A DNA stretch of 64,000 nt. It comes from the human T2T-CHM13v2.0 reference genome, Homo sapiens. Position 1 is the stretch's first letter. Each line of letters opens with the position of its first letter. Location: the NCBI RefSeq assembly GCF_009914755.1, contig NC_060934.1, one strand, 5' to 3'. Below, piece after piece: positions 53,058 to 64,000 of this stretch. Both the position numbers and the translations under genes were made by a program. Under the pieces are notes generated by a model. It worked only from the letters and a program-made list of their open reading frames with translations, was not told the origin of the DNA and searched no databases.

Positions 53058-54039
53058 AAAAGGCACAAGGTTTGTTTCTTACAGTCAGGTGTACTCTAAG
53101 GGATTCTAAGTGTATGTTTGGTTCCCTGAAGAAAAGACACGGGAGCTTTTCCACTGTGGTTGGGTTGACCTCCCCATCACACAATGTTGCCATCATGGGA
53201 GAAGAAGACAGAAGGAGAGGGAAGGGGAAGATGCATTTTCATCTCTACCTATCCCCAGCCCAGAACACATGATGGATGCCGTATCCAGTTCTATCTCTCA
53301 TGTTTACTGGAGCGTCGCCCACCCTCTGCTCCTGCCCCTAGACAAATTCAAACAGCTTCATTGTTTCACAAGAAAAATGAAAACCACCCCAAGCTGCCCT
53401 TTTGCACTCATGTGAAATTACTGCCGTGACCCAGTGCTGTCTCAGACCAACAAAGCTGAGATGACTGCCAGCTTCCCAATTAGCTCTGTCTGCCACTGAT
53501 GCATCCGATGGTGACATGGAGACCCGGGTGCTACACCGAGCAGACTTGTCCAGCTGCATAACTGAATGTGATTCTCAGATGGAGCCCGTCCCTTTATTAT
53601 AACATAACAACCACTGCAATTAACAGTGTGCTGGCTGCCTGGCTGGTGCTTGGAAAAGCTGATGTGCAGAGATAGTCTTAGGAAAAGAGAGCTAAAAATC
53701 ACCAAATTCCAGAACAGCTGTGAATCACCTGCTCTGATGTGGGAAAATGAGAAGAGATCATGACTGTAGGAACTTGCAGGCATGTCTGGCTGACTTTATG
53801 GGCCCAGTGCAGAGCTCTAGGTTCATGCTTCTAACTGCAATGCCAGGTGAGACAATCTTCACCTTTGTGGGTGGGGATCTGTGCAGGTAATGACTTCACC
53901 TTCCCTAAGACTAATGGGGTATCCAAGGCCCTTCCTGATAGGCCTGCAGCCCATGGTCGTATGCACCAAACTTTCCCATTTGCCCTTCACACTTTAGACA
54001 CATGGATTGATTTCGGGTTCCTGAACCCCACATCTGGTC

Positions 54040-54390
54040 TTGCAGAGCTCCATGCCTTATGCTTAGTGTCCACACTACCTGGAATGCTTTCTTGTCTTCT
54101 GTCTGATGAGTTTCCACTCACCCCTTAAGACCCAGCTTAAATATCACCCCCTCCAAAAAGTGTTCCCTGATCCCAAGCCCAAGTTGGGCTCTTATCTCTT
54201 TACCCTGTACCCATACAGGAGTTTGTTTCTTATCACAGTTATAACACTCATCAAACAGAACTACAGCTATTTATTCATGGGTCTGATTCCCTATACTGTA
54301 CTGCAAGCCCCATGGAGGGTAAGGATCATGTTTTATCTTGTTCCTCTTTGTACCATCTGTGCTGGCATATAGATGTGTGTTGAATTAATA
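54040..54390 (+). mobile_element. L2 3' fragment
   Basis: cctggaatgctttc...cacccCttaagacccagcttaaatatcacc...gcaagccccatggagggtaaggatcatgttttatcttgttc. Confidence 0.7.
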
Positions 54391-55439
54391 GAGGTTTGGA
54401 CCAATATGATGTGTTAAGTTTAACAGTATTTAGGGTTTAATACTATCACCTTATGAGCTCAGCATATAAGGAAGGGGTACCTTCTTTTGACCCCTAATTT
54501 CTCTGATGGTTGAACAGAAAACACATAGCTCTTTGTTTATTCAAAGATACCATGGCAGCCCACCCAGGCTCCATGGGCTTGCCTGATAGAATGTTGATGA
54601 CTCGCCACTCTGCAGAACATAATATTTTCAGCAGAAGAATCCCAATTACTTATACACGTCAAACTCGGCATCTGCTCTTTTCAAAGCAGATGGAAAGAAG
54701 GCTTTAATACTTGACACACATTATAAAACTACAAAGAGAAGAGCCAATCCATTCAACATCATAACTCATGTTGGTTGCTGACACTTCTGCTGGTATATAG
54801 AGATAACAGACATGTGCAGAATACTCTACTTGTAAATCCCCTCCCACCCAAAGATCAATGCCAGTAGGAGTTTATATTACAAGTGTGCGAGGGAGAACAC
54901 ACTATACCTTCTCTGAAAGGTAAATTAGGCTGCCCAGCAGCCTCTGGAATTCACAGGGAAGATCACCTTCTCATCCTCAGAGAAGATCATTTGTGTCCTA
55001 ATGCCAAATTCCAGCCACTTCTGAGTCTGGGACAATGGGCACAGTTGTGCCAGCTTGCTTGTATTTTGGTTCCTGACAATGATTAGAGGTTGCTCCATAA
55101 GCAATCTACATAACTATGGAGTGGAGACAGGTGGACTTTGTGAGTTCTCAGGGAGAGGTCATTAGACACAAGTGCCATGTAAGACGCACAGTGTCCTGGT
55201 CCTATGACTAAGCTGAGACAAAAGCAGGGCAGTTAACATCTCAGGGTTCAGTTTCCCCACCAGTAAAATTAATACAAAAGTAGCTTCTGCAAGGTCACTA
55301 CCAGCCCTAGCACTTATTGACTTTGTACCCCATACCCACGTCTGGTCCAGTGTGAAATACAAGTGGCCTAGGTCCCACTGGGAGAAACTTTGGCATGCAA
55401 AGGGAATAACTACCACTGAAGCTCACATGTGACCTTTTC

Positions 55440-55655
55440 AACCAGTACCCCAGTTTTCCTGACCCCCTTCCCTGCTTAGTTTTCTCCAGAGCACTTACCG
55501 CCACCCAATGCACCTTGTGTTTTCTCAAGTATGTTATTTGTTTGCTTATGCTATAATGCAGGGCTGATGGCCACAGAGATTGTTCTCTGCACCTAGACTG
55601 TTTCCTGATACATAGTAGGTTATTAATAAATATTTGTTGAAGTAACGAATTGAAT
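55440..55655 (+). mobile_element. L2 3' end fragment
   Basis: cctgatacatagtaggttattaataaatatttgttgaagtaacgaattgaat matches the L2 terminus. Confidence 0.65.
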
Positions 55656-57048
55656 TGCCCTCTGCTTTGAAAACCTTCTGTGTTATCTTAGGAGCAAATG
55701 ATCAGGAAAAAAATATCTTTTTTACCCTAAATAATATCTGTTTCTGAGAACAAAGCTTCAGAGGTTAAATTATGGAGTGAATGACACTATAAGGCAGCTA
55801 TTTACTAAACAGTCTGGAAAAATCTGGAAACATACATACAAAAGAGAAAAAAAGGTATGCAGTAAGTAGTAGGTAATTGGGCTATTACAAATAATTGAAA
55901 AATGTGTCATTTTATGCTTTGGTCCATTTGTAGAAGAGTCAACGGATAGAGCTGATTTTAACCTTTCATAACACACCCGAATCTCTATTTCCTGGGGTTT
56001 TCACTCTTCCTGGGACTTTGTCAACCTGCCTGTCCTTTAATCTCAGGTTTGCACAGATGAGAGAAGGATAGAAAGTAGATAAAGTTAAATTCTTGACTTT
56101 CCTGAGACCTAAGCAATGAGTCTGTAAGGCCACAGCATAATTACTTTAAGGTTTTCTAACATGATATGCACCCCCGCTTTGGGAACCAGAAGTCTTTGGA
56201 AGAAGCAGCCATGACCTCCTGCTAATAGCATGATATAAAATGTAAGTTTAAACCCAGGCTTCCCCTGTCTCAGGCCTTGGCTCTCAAATGTCTTAGCAGG
56301 GCCCCAGAAGCATGGGATCTGAGCCCTAAAGGCAGTGGTGATTGAACAGGAGCAGGGTTTCTGCTTAAACTCCCTGGGTCTCAACATTCCTTAGAGCTCA
56401 CAATATGAGAAATTGATAATGGGAAAACAGGAAATCAACAAACTATTATTTAGCCCAAAAATGTAGAGTGTGTTTATCACAATAAAGTGGAAAACGCTAG
56501 AAGAGATGAAAAATCATCCTATTAGAATGCTGACCACATGATTTGAAAACAATAGCTAGGTTTTAGACTGCTTTGAATTTTTAGTGGGAACCACAAGTTT
56601 GGTCAGGGACTCCAGGGTAAACACCTCTGAAAAGTGGCCCGGCATCCCAAGCAGATAAACAACAGAAAGAGCTTAGCTTCCTTAAGCTGCTCAAAGCAAA
56701 CTGGGGATACTCAATTGCTCTGGAAGAATGACTGTCAACTTCACGGGGATTTAAACAAATAATTCCCAAGAGTCTGGGCACTTTGAATCTGATGCGTGGC
56801 TTGCCAGATGGTTTCCATGTGTAGGGGATGTTTAGAGTCTCCACATTTAGGTTATTTGACGTTCTAGGCATTCCTTCTAACTCACATTTCAGACTTTGCT
56901 CTGGGTTTCTATATGAACTTTAAAACTATAGCATCGTCCAGGGTGGGATAAAAGTTTAGTTTCTGTTCATTCATTCACTCCCTGCAACAGCTGGGTAACC
57001 ATCTATGCTCCTTTCCCTAAGCCAAACAGTGAATTGAGCCATACACTG

Positions 57049-57636
57049 TGCGAAAAAATAAATAAATCTTGGGACCCCAAACTCACTAAGCCAAAGGGAA
57101 AAGTCAAGCTGGGAACTGGGTCTTGCAAACCTGCCTCCCATTTTGGTTCCTAAACAAGATGGCTATGCAGATGAAAATCTACATACCTCCCTCACATCTT
57201 GCCCACAAGGAAATTCCTTGTGGGCCCCAAGATCTTTACCCTAAAGCAGTTCTGTTGAAGTTCACCATGATGATGTAAATTGATAGCTTACCTTTACAGG
57301 TGTGGGAAAAAGGACAGGACTCAAAGTCAACCCTCTGCTCACCTGAGACAAATGCATATCTGATTGCTTCCTCTGCCCTATTGTCTATGTTATCTTATGT
57401 AAAGATACAGATTCACTAAGCCAGACAAAGGCGTAAATAACTATTTCCCTACCTTCCCTCATATGAAAATTGTGTGTTTCCCCAATATCCTGCCTTTTCC
57501 CCTTTAAATATTGAAGCCCTCAAGATTATCTCTGGAGAAAAACACAGATCTGTCTCCTGGGCACATATCCTTGACTTTGCCAAATAAACCTCCTAAAATG
57601 TTTAAGGCTTGCCTTGCTCATTTTCTTTGATTTATA
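57049..57636 (+). mobile_element. MER4B-like ERV1 solo LTR
   Basis: aaataaatcttgggaccccaaactcactaagccaaagggaaaagtcaagctgggaactggg...aaataaacctcctaaaatg. Confidence 0.85.
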
Positions 57637-57676
57637 GGTGTCCTCCAGGCTAAAAATATAGATTAGAAATACAAAT

Positions 57677-58075
57677 GGCTATGGTTAGAATGTGTCCCCC
57701 AAAGGTCATGAGTTGGGAACTAAATTCCCAATGCAACAGCGTTGAGAGGTAGACCTTTGAGAGGTGATTAGGTCATGAGGGCTCTGCACTAATGACTAGA
57801 TTAATGCCATGATTGCAATAGTGGGTGTATATTTTTGGGAGTGGGTCCTGATAAAAGGATAAGTCTAGCCCACTTCTGTTTGGTCTCTTACATGCCCTCT
57901 CACCATTCTGCCGTCTGCCATGGAATGAAACAGCACAGAGGCCCTCACCAGATACTGGTGCCATGCCCTCGGACTTCCCAGCCTCCAGAACTGTGAGCCA
58001 TATAAATTTTTCTGTTTATTACAAACTACCCAGTCTGTGGTGTTCTGTAATAGCAACAAAAAATGACTTAAGTCA
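57677..58075 (+). mobile_element. MST (MSTC/D-like) MaLR solo LTR
   Basis: gctatggttagaatgtgtcccccaaagg...ggacttcccagcctccagaactgtgagcc...cccagtctgtggtgttctgtaatagcaac. Confidence 0.85.
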
Positions 58076-58226
58076 TTGTTCAATTGTGTTCATAAAGCAT
58101 ATGTGGTGTCCCAGATATGCATAAGCCCCATCAGGACCAACTCATGTTAGAAGAGGTTTTTCCTGGTTTGCCCACTCTGGGTACCAGAATTTTGACTTTA
58201 ACAGTCTTTGAGAATCCCTTATGTAA

Positions 58227-60098
<1,872 letters not shown>

Positions 60099-61092
60099 AA
60101 AAATACTTTGTAGGATTTAAGGATTCCACAATGATGACGAAAGGATTTGTAGCCAGTGATGAGACTCTAGGCAGTTTTTAATGAGAACTGTGTGTGTTTT
60201 ATTCAGCGTTCCTATATGCAAGGTGGTGTGAAGTGTGTGTGGTAGTTCTGAGGTTGAATTTTCAGTTTCTTCTCACTGAGGAGCTGGTGATACCCTACTC
60301 AGAGACTGAGGGCACAGTTCTGGCTGAGTTTTCTTCTTTGTGCTCCATGCATACATCTTAGCGTTTGCTTACACATTGTCCAGATGAGTCTTGAGGCACT
60401 ATGCCTTTTCTTATTGCTTCATGTAGTAAACCTTGCTTCTTCTCCATGCACTCTCTAGCACAAACTTTATCTTGGATCTTCTGCCATGTTCAGGGTTCCA
60501 TGGGCTATGGTGATGTTAGAGATATTTTGAAATCTCCTTGGAAATCTATATGAAGTCTTAGTGAAAAATGAACCCTCTTGTATGCTGTTGCTCAGTCCAT
60601 GTCACTTTCTGCCTAACACCATTAAACTCACCCCCTACCTGCCAAGAGCAGCAGCTAATGAACATTCCTACCTCATTACCCCCCTGTGCCCTCAGTGCAA
60701 TGGGCTCATAAATCCTGTCAGGAGTTACTCTAGCTTGTAAGAAATGAAGATCAAGGGAAGAGCACCAGAGCATAGCCAGTATCTCTCTTAGAGGCCCTGG
60801 CATCTTCTGTTTTCAGGTGCATGACATCAAATCCTTCTCGGCCAACTACCCAAGGACCAAACTCCAGGAAGCCTCTCTCCAGCTCCTTTTAAGTTGTTGT
60901 CATTGGTAACTGGTTTAGCATGCATGTGTAGTTCAACTGAGTGTAAAGGGATTGGAACGAACTCAGTAGCAATGGGGAGTTGCCTGTGTCCTGAGTGTCA
61001 TACTTTAAACATATTAAATGCAAGTTCCTCAGCCAAACTTACACACCAAAGTGAGGTTGAGTGAGTGTGTTGTGAGCTGAGTTGTATCACAA

Positions 61093-61290
61093 GAGGCAGC
61101 TTAGAGTAGCTGTTAAAAACCTGGGCCCTTTAGATAGGCAACTACAGTCGGACTGTAAGCTGTATGGCTTAGAAGCTGCACGTCTTGCACAGACTGCTTA
61201 ACCTTGATTTTCCCAACTATAGTATCAAAAGAAGATAATGTATGGGAAGTACTTAGCTTGGAGAAGTGGATTTAGGAAGTACTCAGTAAA
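61093..61290 (+). mobile_element. MIR fragment
   Basis: gaggcagcttagagtagctgttaaaaacctggg...gataatgtatgggaagtacttagc...gtactcagtaaat. Confidence 0.55.
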
Positions 61291-62422
61291 TCTAAGCTCT
61301 TTGTGATGTACTTAGGGCGAGAAACCAAATGGACTGTCATCCAGAGAAATGTGCCACATGACGCCCCAGGCAAACTGCTCAGACTCTTCCGGGGTTATAA
61401 CATCTTTCTGCTTCCTGACTCTGCCAGTCCAGTTTCTACATACACATCTCCTGAAGTCCTTCCCAGTTCTCCCCACTCCTCCATGAAGCTTTCTCTAACC
61501 TCCTGAGTGGTGGACTCACAACCCAGCAAACCGGAGGCCCCTGGACAGCCGTTGATAACTTCAGACCATTCTCAGAATCCTGCCAAATTCATGCAGCAGT
61601 AGTCCCAGGGTATTTATGAAACCCCTTTAGTCTGTTGCAAGTCAGGTTTTGATAAGGAAGAGCTAATAATACCTGGATCTCAAAGAGAGGCTAGTGTCCA
61701 GTGTTGCCCTTATCATTTATTAAGCTAACACATCAGAGGGGTAATAAATACAAATGGCAGCATGACAGGCCAGCACTGGGCATCTGGATCTTGGCGGTGT
61801 TGGTGTTGTTATCCTCATCATGGTGTGGGATGCATAGCTGATTGGCATCCTTATATCTCCGTGACTGTCTCCCACACCTCTCCAATGGTCTCATGTCACT
61901 GTGGAATCTCTCCAAATATTGTGGAAATTTATAGCCCAGAACAATCAGTTGTGTCGTTCTCTCAAGTAAAAAATACCTTGCATCATTTCAAAGGAAAAGT
62001 ATGACCTCTGCTGGAAGAATCATGGGACTGACCATTACCAGAAAGGAAGGAAGGAAAAAGAGGGAGGAAGGAGGAAAGCCCTTGATGGCAACTCAGAGCC
62101 CTCTCCTCTGTGAAATGCCAGGCTGATAGAACTATCTGCTTGACTGCCTAGTTTCATTGCCTTTGATTTTTCTTTCCTGATGCCCCCTAGCATGCCTCAC
62201 AAGGGTGAAACCAGCCTTCTATCACCCCCAGAAAGCAGAGCTACTATAATCTGATCTTAACCATCCTCTACTTACCATTTGAATGACTTTTTTCAAACAA
62301 GGTTTTGGAGAAAAATATTCTATTACTGTATTTTTATATTCAATTTTGGCTTGTTTTATTTTGACAGAGGAAGTGAGTACAGAAGAAACGGAAAAATTGT
62401 CATGACAACCATTTAAAAATCA

Positions 62423-62918
<496 letters not shown>

Positions 62919-63529
62919 CTATACTGTTGAAAACAATTTCTCCCCTAGTGGAACTTCTCAAGAGTTGGAAAGAATGGTTTGAAAATGAGAAGGTATTTAC
63001 CATTAAACCTGTCTCCTCTTAAATTTCAACAATTTGCTCATGTGACTCCTCTTATCAGATCTTCACCCTTACTCCTCCTATTCCAGATACTCAGGTGCGA
63101 GAAATGCTGGTCATTTCCTCCTCAGCTTCTCCTCTGTCCTACAGACTTTGGGAGAATCTGCTTCTCTCAGTCCTAGGTGCTCAGGTTATAGCAAGGACTG
63201 GGCTTCTCCTCCCCATATATCCACAGCAGACTCCAGGCAAGTTATCAGCTGGACTGGGGCAGTCCAATCTGTTCACTCTGGAAAACTTGAAGATACCCAG
63301 CTCTTAACTGGATGGTGATGTGCACCCAGGGCCACGGTGGTTAGTTTTCAGCACTTGACACAAGACAGTGCAGCAACAGAGCAGAAAGAAGCAAAGATGA
63401 GAAACCATGAGCCGCCAGAGAGACAAAAAAAAGTAGCCTCACTGGTTGACTTCCCATGTCCCAGGTCTAGCCCCTTGTACGACCTGATTCTCCTTTCCAC
63501 CATGGAATCCCAAAGATACCATCCCCTCC

Positions 63530-63770
63530 CCCATCAGTGTCATAACCACCATCATCTTTACCATCATCAGTATGATCTTCACCACCTTCACACCAGCACT
63601 ACTTTCAGCACTATCATCACCATCACCATTTCCACCGTCATCACCATCACCAATCAGTATCATCACCAAAGCCATCAGCACTATCACCATGACACCAGAA
63701 CCATGACCACGATCACCATCAACCATGCCCATCACGACCATCATTACCACCACCATAGCCACCATCACCA
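63530..63770. repeat. Degenerate (CAC/CAT)n low-complexity repeat
   Basis: Runs of catcaccatcacc; accounts for the His/Thr-rich ORF 63337-63780. Confidence 0.9.
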
Positions 63771-64000
63771 GTTTCTATAGCAACATCCATACTGTCACAC
63801 TATGAGCAAAGTGATCTCTTCTGGATTAAGCTAATTTGAGTGAATTTCTGTTCCATGTAACTAGATGATCCCCTAGTGGACAAAGAAGAAACAGAAAAGT
63901 TGTCGCTGTGAACCATTAAAAATCACAATTTGAATAGAGGTCATAAATGAAGAGGTCCTGAGATTATGATTTCCGAAAGTTAACACGGTGACAAAAATAT

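Noticed and set aside
57201-57225. 12-bp-arm palindrome gcccacaaggaa-a-ttccttgtgggc
   Set aside because: As I recall it is part of the MER4B consensus, so it is not locus-specific.
63337-63780. His-rich 147-aa ORF
   Set aside because: Explained by the degenerate CAC/CAT repeat; non-ATG start.

Overview
Primate, most likely human, genomic DNA. It is non-coding and rich in interspersed repeats, and I recognise no cellular protein-coding gene, tRNA or rRNA. About half the window is transposon-derived: about 13 Alus, three 5'-truncated primate L1s (one with a twin-priming inversion), older L1M, L2 and MIR fragments, about 16 solo LTRs and several DNA transposons, often nested. The largest non-TE feature is a ~3 kb C-rich minisatellite with an 18-bp unit (~43466-46472). 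It has hierarchical higher-order structure, CACCC-box (KLF) motifs in most units and no stop codons on the + strand, which explains the three ~1000-aa ORFs. Other notable signals are an inverted Alu pair with a template-switch or gene-conversion trimer (31287-32200), a young AluY (52757), an RFX/nuclear-receptor motif cluster (51207-51815), and a strand bias of LTRs plus minus-strand splice sites suggesting a minus-strand host transcript. Repeat family names come from recalled consensus sequences, not a database search. I cannot demonstrate a new biological system from sequence alone.
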